DNA of 64,000 bases from Peptococcaceae bacterium (GTDB lineage Bacteria > Bacillota > Desulfitobacteriia > Desulfitobacteriales > Syntrophobotulaceae). Numbering within the stretch: position 1 is the stretch's first letter; each line of letters begins with the position of its first letter. This document shows positions 17,026 through 25,620 of the stretch, piece by piece. The notes beneath the pieces are model-generated. The model made no database searches. It saw only the letters and a program-made list of their open reading frames with translations, and had not been told where the DNA came from. The position numbers and the translations under genes were made by a program. The stretch spans positions 697-64,696 of the forward strand of contig JAAYSI010000016.1 of the NCBI GenBank assembly GCA_012524045.1. Direction: 5' to 3'.

Positions 17026-19230
17026 GTGATAAAAATGTTTCCACTTCGTCGCTTGTTGCTGTTTACATTAATTTTTGCTTTTTTAGTACAAGTGATCGTC
17101 CCTACCCCAACACTTGCCATCGAATCTAAAGTAAAAGCAGACACTAACACTGCCAAAATCACCTTAGAACAAGCAATTCGTATTGTTAAACAAAACTTCA
17201 CCATCCCCGAAGAATTTAGAGATTTTCGTTCGGGGTATAGCAGTTACAATCAGCGTCAAACTTGGTCCCTAAACTGGAATGCGTCTACCGGAGCGGGTAG
17301 CTTTTCCGCTCAAGTAGATGCCACTAGCGGGGAGATAGTTAATCTGTATTCCTGGAGTTCTGCCGATGACAGGGAGGGCTATAAGCTCCCACAGCTATCC
17401 TTGAAACAAGCCGAAAAACTTGCTACCGAAACAGTCCACAAGCTAACCGGCTCCAAATACGAAAAACTGCAACTAGTAAAAAATGAGGCGGCTATTCCTT
17501 TAACTCTATACGGCTCCCAGAAATATAACTTCTATTGGCAAAGAATAGAAAACGGCTTGCCGGTGCAGGGTAACGGTGTCTCCATCCAAATTGATGGCGA
17601 AAGCGGTCAGGTAAATTCTTATAGCCTAAGTTGGCATGAGCTTGATTTTCCGGACCCGGAAAAAGTCATCAATAAGCAAAAGGCCGCTCAGGCTTTTAGC
17701 GAAAATGCCTTTTTACAATTAGAATATTTTGTGCCTATCTATAGAATATTAACCACCGAAAATAATGAACAGATAAAATTAGTTTATCAACTCAAAAATA
17801 ACGGAATGCTCGATGCAATTTCCGGTAAGCCCTTTGATTTAGAGGAAAATCTACGCTTTGCTTCGGATGGAGGAGGCTTAGAAAATGCCCAAGCTAAAGA
17901 GGCTGCGGAAGATAGCGTAGTTTTAAGCCCGGAAGAATTAAGAGAAATTGAAGAAAATACTAAGCTCTTAACTTCAGAGCAAGCGATTACCATCGTAAAA
18001 AAATGGATAGAGATACCCACTGATTATACCCTTCAAGCCATGAGTCTAAACAAAAGCGGTGGTTTTTATGACAGCAGAATATGGTATTTCGAATGGCTTT
18101 CCCGAGATGAAGGTCATTCGCAAAGTATTACGGCTAGGGTAGACGCTGTTGACGGTGAATTGCTCGGGTTTAGTCTCTACAACCCTATTTTCCCCCTAAA
18201 CAAAGATGCGGCAAGTTCCTCTAAGCTTTCAGCAGATGAGGCCCGGCAAATTGCTGAAAACTTTTTGCAAAAAATTCAACCGGCTAAGTTTTCTGAAGTA
18301 AGATTAAAAACCGATAACCAATCTCCATTGCTTCCGGAAATTATCTCCGAACCGGAGTCTAACCAGACCCATCTCACTTTTTCTTACGAAAGAATGATAG
18401 ACGGCATTGCTTTTCCTGCTAACGGAATGAGCATCACAGTCGATCTTTACACTAAGAAAATCAGCTCCTATAGCCTTAATTGGTGGAATCTGACTTTCCC
18501 GAAAGCTTCTACTGCTATGGCTCAAGCTAAAGCTGAAGCACTCTTTCTAGAAGCCAGACCGCTCGTCTTAAATTATATTCTGGTTTACAAAGACGGCCAG
18601 CAGCAAGCTAAACTGGTCTACCTGCCTTCGGACAAGCAACAAGGGACATCCGATCTTATGGACGCTAAAACAGGGCAGTTTTTAAACCGACAGGGCAATC
18701 CTTTAAGCGAACCCGTAAAAGCTAATCATTTTGAAGATATTGCCGGCCACGAAGCCGAGAAAGAAATCGCCGTCCTAGGGCTGGCAGGGATTTTCGGAGA
18801 ATATGGCAAGAACTTCAAGCCAACATCCGAACTTACCCTGGCAATGTTTTTAAAGGCCCTATTGATGATAGATAACAGCTCCTCCTCGGCAATTTATAAT
18901 TTAACAGACAGAGAAGTGCTGAAAAAAGCACAGGAACAGGGCTGGCTCAAAGAGGATTTAGCCCCATCGCAGGTAGTTTCCCGATACTTAGCCAGCAAAA
19001 TAATAGTCCGCTACTTAGGATTAGAAAAGATCGCCGAACTTGACGGCATTTATCAATTGCCCTTTGCCGACCAAGAGGATATTAGCCCTGAAGCTGCGGG
19101 CTATATCGCCTTGGCCAGTGGACTTAATATTTTACAAGCAGAAAATAACAAATTTGAACCCCATAAAACTTTAACAAGGGCAGAGGCCGCTTCGGTACTG
19201 ATTAAAAGTTTAAACCGGTTCCTCCAATAG
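17026..19230 (+). CDS. Secreted cell-wall protein with repeated PepSY/YcdB-YcdC-like modules and C-terminal SLH domains
   Basis: Signal peptide (FPLRRLLLFTLIFAFLVQVIVPTPTLA). An internally repeated module (..SGEIVNLYSW.. / ..SGQVNSYSLSW.. / ..DGELLGFSLY.. / ..KKISSYSLNW..). The C-terminus FEDIAGHEAEKEIAVLGLAGIF.. and PFADQEDISPEAAGYIALASGLNI are SLH motifs. Confidence 0.7.
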   Translation: MIKMFPLRRLLLFTLIFAFLVQVIVPTPTLAIESKVKADTNTAKITLEQAIRIVKQNFTIPEEFRDFRSGYSSYNQRQTWSLNWNASTGAGSFSAQVDATSGEIVNLYSWSSADDREGYKLPQLSLKQAEKLATETVHKLTGSKYEKLQLVKNEAAIPLTLYGSQKYNFYWQRIENGLPVQGNGVSIQIDGESGQVNSYSLSWHELDFPDPEKVINKQKAAQAFSENAFLQLEYFVPIYRILTTENNEQIKLVYQLKNNGMLDAISGKPFDLEENLRFASDGGGLENAQAKEAAEDSVVLSPEELREIEENTKLLTSEQAITIVKKWIEIPTDYTLQAMSLNKSGGFYDSRIWYFEWLSRDEGHSQSITARVDAVDGELLGFSLYNPIFPLNKDAASSSKLSADEARQIAENFLQKIQPAKFSEVRLKTDNQSPLLPEIISEPESNQTHLTFSYERMIDGIAFPANGMSITVDLYTKKISSYSLNWWNLTFPKASTAMAQAKAEALFLEARPLVLNYILVYKDGQQQAKLVYLPSDKQQGTSDLMDAKTGQFLNRQGNPLSEPVKANHFEDIAGHEAEKEIAVLGLAGIFGEYGKNFKPTSELTLAMFLKALLMIDNSSSSAIYNLTDREVLKKAQEQGWLKEDLAPSQVVSRYLASKIIVRYLGLEKIAELDGIYQLPFADQEDISPEAAGYIALASGLNILQAENNKFEPHKTLTRAEAASVLIKSLNRFLQ

Positions 19231-20364
19231 TTTTATATATAGATCAAAGCCTTGTTCACCTAAAAACATCTCGCTGGCCATTTGTTTTATTTCCTTATAG
19301 TCTTCTTCAAACTCAAGCAAGAGGTTTAGCACGTGCTTAACTTTAACCCGCCTATCCGCCACATCCCCAATATTCAGCACACAAGCCTGACAGTAAGCAA
19401 GTAAGACATCCGCCCCGGCCGCCGCAGCCTCGTCCAAGTTTTGTAAATGATGCTCCTTAGACCACTCCGGCCGGAAATGTTCCAACTGCCCGCTGCTGCC
19501 GCAACAGATGGAGTTTTGGCGATTATGCTTCATTTCTGCCAGCGGGTAACCGGCCTGCTCCAAAGCGGCCCTGACTTGTTGCGCAAAGATTCCCTCAAAA
19601 CGGTCGGGACAAGAATCATGAACAGTATAGATCTCCGAGCTGCCATTTGAGGCCCTATTTGGGACAAAGTAGTTGTGCAGAGCTTCATATACTGTGACCA
19701 GTTCAACACCTCGAAAGAGGTTTTCTTTTTTTAATTGATAGTAGCAGTTCGGGCAAGCTACTATTAATCTTTTGACTCCCAAATCGGTGACTTTTGTCTT
19801 TAAGCGTTCTTTGATTTTATCTCCCCTTGCCGGCAGCCCTATTTGATACATTGGCAAGCCACAGCAATCATCAAGTAAGATTGGATTCCGGTAATCTTTG
19901 GCCAAGGCCGCATATACTTTTTTAGTTAGTTCGGGCGAATAAGTAAACATTGTACAACCTGGCAAAAAAGCGGTTTCAGACGGAACGGACATATTTAGCC
20001 CGGCATAATCAATTCCATAAAATTCCCTAAACAGGCTCATTACTGTAACTGGGCGATCGGGAAACAAATACCGATATTCATTTACATCAATCTCTTTATT
20101 CTTTACAGCTTCCACTCTGCGCTGTTCAAACATCCGAAAAGGACTCAAGCCTAAATTACATACGGCTTCGCATTTTCCACAAAGAGCGCAACCATAAGCC
20201 TCTTGCCAGCTTATCCCTCTTAATGCAAGCGTTTTCGGACACTTTTTAAGGTCGGTTAAAAGCCGACAACTTTCCGCACAATTTCCACATTCTACACACC
20301 TTTGCCCTATCTCCATAGCCCACTTCCTGTCTTTCTCAACCATAATACATATCTCCTTTATCAT
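19210..20364 (-). CDS. (Fe-S)-binding protein with two 4Fe-4S motifs and CCG domains (GlcF/HdrD-like)
   Basis: CVECGNCAESC and CALCGKCEAVC ferredoxin motifs, followed by Cys-rich CCG-type repeats (..DDCCGLP.., ..SICCGSSG..). Confidence 0.75.
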   Translation of the reverse strand: MIKEICIMVEKDRKWAMEIGQRCVECGNCAESCRLLTDLKKCPKTLALRGISWQEAYGCALCGKCEAVCNLGLSPFRMFEQRRVEAVKNKEIDVNEYRYLFPDRPVTVMSLFREFYGIDYAGLNMSVPSETAFLPGCTMFTYSPELTKKVYAALAKDYRNPILLDDCCGLPMYQIGLPARGDKIKERLKTKVTDLGVKRLIVACPNCYYQLKKENLFRGVELVTVYEALHNYFVPNRASNGSSEIYTVHDSCPDRFEGIFAQQVRAALEQAGYPLAEMKHNRQNSICCGSSGQLEHFRPEWSKEHHLQNLDEAAAAGADVLLAYCQACVLNIGDVADRRVKVKHVLNLLLEFEEDYKEIKQMASEMFLGEQGFDLYIKLLEEPV

Positions 20365-20450
20365 TGATTACTGCTTACAGAGCACATCCCTAAAATTCCG
20401 CCTAGAATATCTAAGCAAGTACCTAGATAGATGTGTGCAAAAATTATGCC

Positions 20451-20500
20451 AAAACAAAAAAGTTCGCCTGGTAAGCGTTGCTGATTCCGCTTAAAAGGCG
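20451..20500 (-). terminator. Intrinsic terminator downstream of hbd
   Basis: Nested stems cgcc..ggcg and taagcg..cgctta at 20465..20500. They are followed on the minus strand by a U-rich run (the A-run at 20451..20461). Confidence 0.55.
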
Positions 20501-20619
20501 ATCTTTCCGTACTAAAACCAATTTAACTAGGGCATTAGGTAGATATAGTAAATTGTCAAAATGAAAATAAAATTGTCAAAAAAATAAGAAAGAGATTTAC
20601 GAATATAACTAAACTTAAC

Positions 20620-21564
20620 TTATCTGAACTTTTCCTTTTTCAGCCAATCCAGTAAATTGCTTTCTCGCTCCTGTGTAATCTTCTGCAAAGCCTCCGTGTT
20701 CCATTCATAAAAACCGGAACCGCTTTTAGCTCCAAGCTTGCCGCTGGCTACGGTTTCTTGCAAAAGAGTCGGAACTTCCGGACTATTGCATAAATCTTTC
20801 ATTAAATAGTCAGAAATGCTATGAATAACATCCAAACCTCCTAAATCTGCGCTCTCCAGCGGTCCGGTCGTAGCCAAACGACGCCCTAAGGCGTATTTCA
20901 CGGTTGCATCGACTGCCTCTTTGCTCGCAATACCATTTTCCACCAAAGCCAAAGCCTCACGTAGCATTGCAAACTGTAAGCGATTCCCGATAAAGCCTAA
21001 GATTTCGCGGTTTAAAACTACGGGTTTTTTCCCGGCTTGTTTTAGTAATTGAAAAGCAAAATCTACAGTGCCGGCCGAAGTCTGTTCACCCGGAACAACC
21101 TCCACCAAAGGCAACAGGTGAGGTGGATTCCAAAAATGAGTAACAACAAAACGTTCTTTCTGCTTTAAATCTTCAGCGATGGCAGTCGGACTAAGACCGG
21201 AAGTATTAGAAGCCAAAATAGTCTCCGGCGGACAGTAGTCTTCGATTTCCGTAAAAAGCTTCTGCTTCACAGCCAAATCCTCAACTATGGACTCCAGAAC
21301 AAAGTCCGCATCGGCCATGGCCTCTCGCAAATTCGTTACCCCATTTATGCGGCTTATTATCTGCGGAACATCCTCTGGACTTAGCAAATCATTAGCTACA
21401 AAGCTAGCCAAAATGTCTCTGATTCGTTTAAAGGCAAGCTCAATCTTGGTCGGAGAACGCCCGTACATTTGAACCGAATGACCGGCCAAAGCAAAAGTAA
21501 AAGCAAGTCCCGGCCCCATCGTACCCGTCCCTAGACAACAAATTTTCTTAACCTGGGTTAACAT
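20620..21564 (-). CDS. hbd: 3-hydroxyacyl-CoA (3-hydroxybutyryl-CoA) dehydrogenase
   Basis: N-terminal Rossmann motif ICCLGTGTMGPG and HFWNPPHLLPLVEV. GAGGAGGAGGG lies upstream of the ATG at 21564; the track ORF starts at a GTG at 21585. Confidence 0.85.
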   Translation of the reverse strand: MLTQVKKICCLGTGTMGPGLAFTFALAGHSVQMYGRSPTKIELAFKRIRDILASFVANDLLSPEDVPQIISRINGVTNLREAMADADFVLESIVEDLAVKQKLFTEIEDYCPPETILASNTSGLSPTAIAEDLKQKERFVVTHFWNPPHLLPLVEVVPGEQTSAGTVDFAFQLLKQAGKKPVVLNREILGFIGNRLQFAMLREALALVENGIASKEAVDATVKYALGRRLATTGPLESADLGGLDVIHSISDYLMKDLCNSPEVPTLLQETVASGKLGAKSGSGFYEWNTEALQKITQERESNLLDWLKKEKFR

Positions 21565-21819
21565 AAAACTGACCCTCCTCCTCACCCGTTTCCGGGAATT
21601 TTTCTGAGATAAAGTAAGCTAAAACCAGCGGGCAAAATCGTTTGCTTGATTCAATAGTTAATTATAATATATAATCAACTTGGGCAGTATCTTAAGAACT
21701 GCACCTTTTTTAAAATTCTACTTCTATTTTAAAATAATTTATTTTAAAAATTAACTTTTATTTCTGCCTGGATCTGTACCAGACTGGGACGGAGGGATGA
21801 AACAAGATTTGTTTTGTCG

Positions 21820-21834
21820 CCTCCTAAAAGGAGG
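21820..21834 (+). promoter_or_regulatory. SD-sequestering hairpin in the panB leader (CCTCC-taaaa-GGAGG)
   Basis: CCTCC at 21820..21824 is complementary to the panB Shine-Dalgarno GGAGG at 21830..21834. A second GGAGGG at 21791..21796 could compete for the CCTCC. Confidence 0.4.
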
Positions 21835-21840
21835 AAAATC

Positions 21841-22677
21841 ATGAAATCAACAGCAGACTTTAGGAAAATGAAGGCTGAAGGAAGCAAAATTGTAATGATT
21901 ACCGCTTATGATTACCCTTCGGCTAAACATGTGGAACAAGCCGGCGCGGACATGATCCTTGTCGGCGATTCTCTTGGCAATGTGGTACTGGGCTATGATT
22001 CCACAATCTATGTAACCATGGAGGATATGATTCACCACACCAAAGCGGTTAAGCGGGGTGCTCCGAATACTTTTATAGCTGTGGACATGCCCTTCATGAG
22101 CTGCCACCTTTCTATCCGCGATACCCTTTTAAACGGAGCAAGGCTTATTCAGCAAACCGGCGCAAATGCGGTGAAAATTGAGGGAGCCGGAGAAATGCTC
22201 CAACATATAAAGGCATTGGTAAATGCCGGTATACCGGTCGTTTCCCATTTGGGCCTAACCCCTCAATCAGTGGCCGTCCTTGGTGGCTATAAAGTTCAAG
22301 GCAAAGATGCTGAGGCCGCTAGGAACATGATTGAAAACGCCCAACGTTGTCAAGAAGCCGGAGCCTTTGCTATCGTGCTGGAATGTGTCCCGAGACAACT
22401 CGCCAAAGAGATAACGGCAACCCTATCAATCCCTACTATTGGCATAGGAGCAGGCGTTGATACTGACGGTCAAGTCCTAGTATATCACGACATTATTACT
22501 TATGGCGTAGAAAGAGTGCCAAAATTTGTTAAATCCTATGCGAATATAAATGACCAAATTATTTCCGGCCTCAAAGCCTATGCCACTGAAGTACGCAAGG
22601 AGCTATTCCCCGATGACGAACACAGCTTCAATATGAATGAAGAAGAGCTAAAAGCTCTTTATGGGGGTAGAGAATAG
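21841..22677 (+). CDS. panB: 3-methyl-2-oxobutanoate hydroxymethyltransferase
   Basis: [53 protein letters not shown] are classic PanB motifs. AAGGAGG lies upstream of the ATG at 21841. Confidence 0.9.
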   Translation: MKSTADFRKMKAEGSKIVMITAYDYPSAKHVEQAGADMILVGDSLGNVVLGYDSTIYVTMEDMIHHTKAVKRGAPNTFIAVDMPFMSCHLSIRDTLLNGARLIQQTGANAVKIEGAGEMLQHIKALVNAGIPVVSHLGLTPQSVAVLGGYKVQGKDAEAARNMIENAQRCQEAGAFAIVLECVPRQLAKEITATLSIPTIGIGAGVDTDGQVLVYHDIITYGVERVPKFVKSYANINDQIISGLKAYATEVRKELFPDDEHSFNMNEEELKALYGGRE

Positions 22678-22697
22678 AATAGTTTTTATAGCCAAAT

Positions 22698-22727
22698 AAG
22701 ACCTCTTTGGAGGTCTTTTCGTTTTTG
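22698..22727 (+). terminator. Intrinsic terminator after panB
   Basis: aagacctc-tttg-gaggtctt stem-loop followed by TTTTCGTTTTT. Confidence 0.7.
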
Positions 22728-22745
22728 GTAGGTTTTACTTACCTG

Positions 22746-23073
22746 TCAATATACTATTTCAATATCTTCGGCCGCAGTCAAAGATCCAATATCTATAACT
22801 TTCCCCTCTTTAAATTTAGCCAGAAATATCACGCTAATGGTGTATTTATCAGGTGGAACAGGATTTCCCTGATTGTTTTTACAATCCCAGAGTTCTGAAA
22901 AGGCTCAGCTTTTCGGATTCCTTTAACTCCACATCGACAATTGCCGTTGTAAAGCATTTATTGTGGGACCAGCGATAAACCTCTTTTCCATTCCGATTGA
23001 CAACCAGGATATCGAACATTTGGCCGGCCCTATCTTCATTTCCTTTCTCTAGATATAGACTGAAAAATTCATT
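22746..23073 (-). pseudogene. Frameshifted, N-terminally truncated BsuPI-like (intracellular proteinase inhibitor domain) gene fragment
   Basis: My own translation finds two frames. Frame A reads ..LYLEKGNEDRAGQMFDILVVNRNGKEVYRWSHNKCFTTAIVDVELKESEKLS.. and stops at 22879..22881. Frame B reads ..FSELWDCKNNQGNPVPPDKYTISVIFLAKFKEGKVIDIGSLTAAEDIEIVY*. They join near 22895..22906. There is no start codon or signal peptide. Confidence 0.45.
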
Positions 23074-23265
23074 TATTTATGACGCTATGCCACGATGAAC
23101 ATTACTGAAACGCCTTAGTAGGCAAATGGTAAAAATCGAGGATTTAAATAAAGCAAAAAGGTAAAAAATCTGGTATGCAACTCTGAAACCGGACATACTA
23201 ACCATAGCCAAAATAAAAGAAGCATCTATTTGAGCATCTACGCCAAATAATAAGGAGATAGTAAT

Positions 23266-23462
23266 TTGCAGCCAGATAAAATTTTTTATGAGCCTGCTGC
23301 ACTAAACTATGAACTAGGAAAAGAGTTTTTATGACTTACAGCTTCGTCCATCGAGCAATCAATCAAGAGGCTTTTCCTAAGGCTCTTGAATTATATAATC
23401 AATCATTAATGACTGGGCGGGGTCGTGGGAAATATTGTTATAGTTTAATAACCAATATGTAG
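23266..23462 (+). pseudogene. Remnant of a spore-photoproduct-lyase-like (SplB) radical SAM gene
   Basis: AAGGAG lies 8 nt upstream of a TTG, giving LQPDKIFYEPAALNYELGKEFL*. This resembles the SplB N-terminus (..LVYIEPRALEYPLGQEL..). Other frames give ..LRPSSNQSRGF.. and ..GKYCYSLITNM, resembling SHNQVRNIP and HCHYCYLQTTM. Most of the gene is missing. Confidence 0.35.
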
Positions 23463-23473
23463 TTTAATAACCA
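23441..23473. repeat. Direct repeat tagtttaataacca x2 (19-bp period)
   Basis: Exact 14-bp copies at 23441..23454 and 23460..23473. They lie at the end of the splB-like remnant and about 115 bp upstream of the flavoprotein gene. Confidence 0.8.
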
Positions 23474-23588
23474 GACAAACTATTGCCTCTTTTAGGACAG
23501 CAGTAATGGGCTAGCATCTTAAACGTATAGCACCGCATTGTTTCATCAATAATAAGGTACAGAATAAATATTAAGGAGGCTCTAGCGG

Positions 23589-25595
23589 ATGGGCTACGAA
23601 AAACTCTTGGAACCTGGAAAAATTGGCAATATGGAACTTAAAAACAGGCTGGTTATGCCCGCCATGGGAACCAACCTGGCTGCAGCAGATGGCACGGTAT
23701 CCGATGTTATTGTAAATTATTATGCTCGTCGAGCCAACGGAGGGGTAGGACTTATTATTACTGAAGTCTGTTGTCCTGATCCTTTAGGACGAGTCATCCC
23801 CGGGGAAATTGAAATTACCAATATGAGTTTTATGCCGGGCTTAAGCCGGATCCCCCATGCCGTTCATTCCGGCGGGGCTAAAATATGCCTGCAATTAGCT
23901 CATGGTGGCTGTTTTGCCAGCGAAGCGGTAACCGGACATCAACCACTCTCTCCGTCCGGTGTAGGGACTATGCAGTTACCGGACGATATACCACGAGCGA
24001 TGACCCTCGAGGAAATCAAGGACAGCATAGAAAAATTCGGCAGAGCAGCCGAACGGGCTCGGCTCTGTGGCTTTGATGCGGTAGAATTACATGGCGCCCA
24101 CGGCTATTTGCCTTTACAGTTCCTCTCCGGCTACACCAACAGAAGAACGGACGAATACGGAGGTAGCTTGGAAAACAGGGCTCGTTTCGCTCTGGAATGT
24201 ATTCGGGCCATAAAAAAATATGCCGGTAGTGATTTTCCTTTAATCTACCGTTTGAGTGCTGAAGAATATGTGCCTAACGGCTTAACTGTCGAAGAAGCCT
24301 GTACTTTTGCCAAGTGGGCGGAGGAAGAAGGAGTCGACGCTATTAATGTCTCCGCCGGAACCTGGGACTCCAGACTGGAAACCTACTTTAAAGTTATGGA
24401 GGGTAAAGAATCACCGGAGGGTAAGGACTTAAGCATAGGAGTTGCAACTTCGGTCTGGGTGCCTCCGAACTATACCCCGAGGGGTTCACTGGCCCATTTG
24501 GCTGCAGCTGTTAAAAAGGTTGTGAATGTACCGGTTATTGCAGTGTGCAGTATTACTCCGGAAATGGGTAATGAAATGTTAGAGAAAAAGGAAGCCGATT
24601 TTATTGCCATCGGCCGCCAAACCATAGCTGACCCGGATTATGCCGCCAAAATTGCTATCGGAGAGCCTGAAACCATCCGGCGTTGTCTACGCTGTAATGA
24701 ATGCCTGGGAGAAGTTATGCGTAGCTGTGGTATTTCTTGCGCCGTAAACCCTGAAGCCGGTAAAGAATATGAGGGTTATACCAGAGTGACGCCGGCAACG
24801 AGCAAGAAAAAAGTGGCCATTGTCGGTTCAGGCCCGGCAGGAATCCAAGCCGCCTTAACGGCCACGCTGCGCGGTCATGAGGTCACCTTGTTTGAAAAGG
24901 AAGATAGGTTGGGCGGAGCTTTATATTATGTAGGTATCCCTGATTTTAAACTGGATTACCGGGATTATACCAATTATTTGATTCATGCGGTACAAAACTG
25001 TGGGGCTACTATTAAAACAGAGACGGAGGTAACTACGGACACCATAAAGAACAGTGATTTTGATGTGGTAATCGTGGCCACCGGAGCTTCTACTTTTAGG
25101 CCCGATATAAAAGGTGCCGACGACCCGGCGGTACTTGATCCGTTAGAAGTGCTTGACGGCAAAATCCCTGAGGGTAAGGATATCATAGTCTGTGGAGCCG
25201 GTCTGGTGGGTTGTGAAGTAGCAATGTTTTTAGCCGAGAGAGGCAAGAATGTAACGCTACTTGATATGCTGCCGGATGTAGCACCTGATATGCCGATCTA
25301 CACCAAATGGGTGCTGAAAGCCAAGCTTGCCGAAATGCATATTAAAGTAAAGACCAATCATAAAATCATAGCCATGACCGGCAATAAGGTCCAATGTGAA
25401 ACAGAAAACGGCAAGCAGGAATACCAGGGGGATGCAGTAATTTGCGCCCTTGGCCAAAAAGCCAACAGAACTCTACTCGAGCAACTAAGGGCTGAGTGTA
25501 AGGACATTGAGATTATTCCTGTAGGGGATGTAAATAGTCCTCGCAAAATAATGCAAGCAACCCATGAAGGTTTTCATGCTGCCAGAAGAATATAA
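23589..25595 (+). CDS. NADH:flavin oxidoreductase of the 2-enoate reductase / 2,4-dienoyl-CoA reductase family (OYE domain, 4Fe-4S, FAD/NAD(P) domain)
   Basis: OYE-like N-terminus (LKNRLVMPAMGTN.., HGAHGYL), then CLRCNECLGEV..C..CAVNP cluster motif, then VAIVGSGPAGIQAA Rossmann motif. AAGGAGG lies upstream. Confidence 0.85.
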   Translation: MGYEKLLEPGKIGNMELKNRLVMPAMGTNLAAADGTVSDVIVNYYARRANGGVGLIITEVCCPDPLGRVIPGEIEITNMSFMPGLSRIPHAVHSGGAKICLQLAHGGCFASEAVTGHQPLSPSGVGTMQLPDDIPRAMTLEEIKDSIEKFGRAAERARLCGFDAVELHGAHGYLPLQFLSGYTNRRTDEYGGSLENRARFALECIRAIKKYAGSDFPLIYRLSAEEYVPNGLTVEEACTFAKWAEEEGVDAINVSAGTWDSRLETYFKVMEGKESPEGKDLSIGVATSVWVPPNYTPRGSLAHLAAAVKKVVNVPVIAVCSITPEMGNEMLEKKEADFIAIGRQTIADPDYAAKIAIGEPETIRRCLRCNECLGEVMRSCGISCAVNPEAGKEYEGYTRVTPATSKKKVAIVGSGPAGIQAALTATLRGHEVTLFEKEDRLGGALYYVGIPDFKLDYRDYTNYLIHAVQNCGATIKTETEVTTDTIKNSDFDVVIVATGASTFRPDIKGADDPAVLDPLEVLDGKIPEGKDIIVCGAGLVGCEVAMFLAERGKNVTLLDMLPDVAPDMPIYTKWVLKAKLAEMHIKVKTNHKIIAMTGNKVQCETENGKQEYQGDAVICALGQKANRTLLEQLRAECKDIEIIPVGDVNSPRKIMQATHEGFHAARRI

Positions 25596-25620
25596 AATTA
25601 GTCAAAGACTGTTAAAAAAA

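Noticed and set aside
21814-21840. Upstream TTG start extending panB by 9 codons (MSPPKRRKI..).
   Set aside because: The extension covers the AAGGAGG Shine-Dalgarno that is correctly spaced for the ATG at 21841. PanB homologues begin near MKST/MKT...
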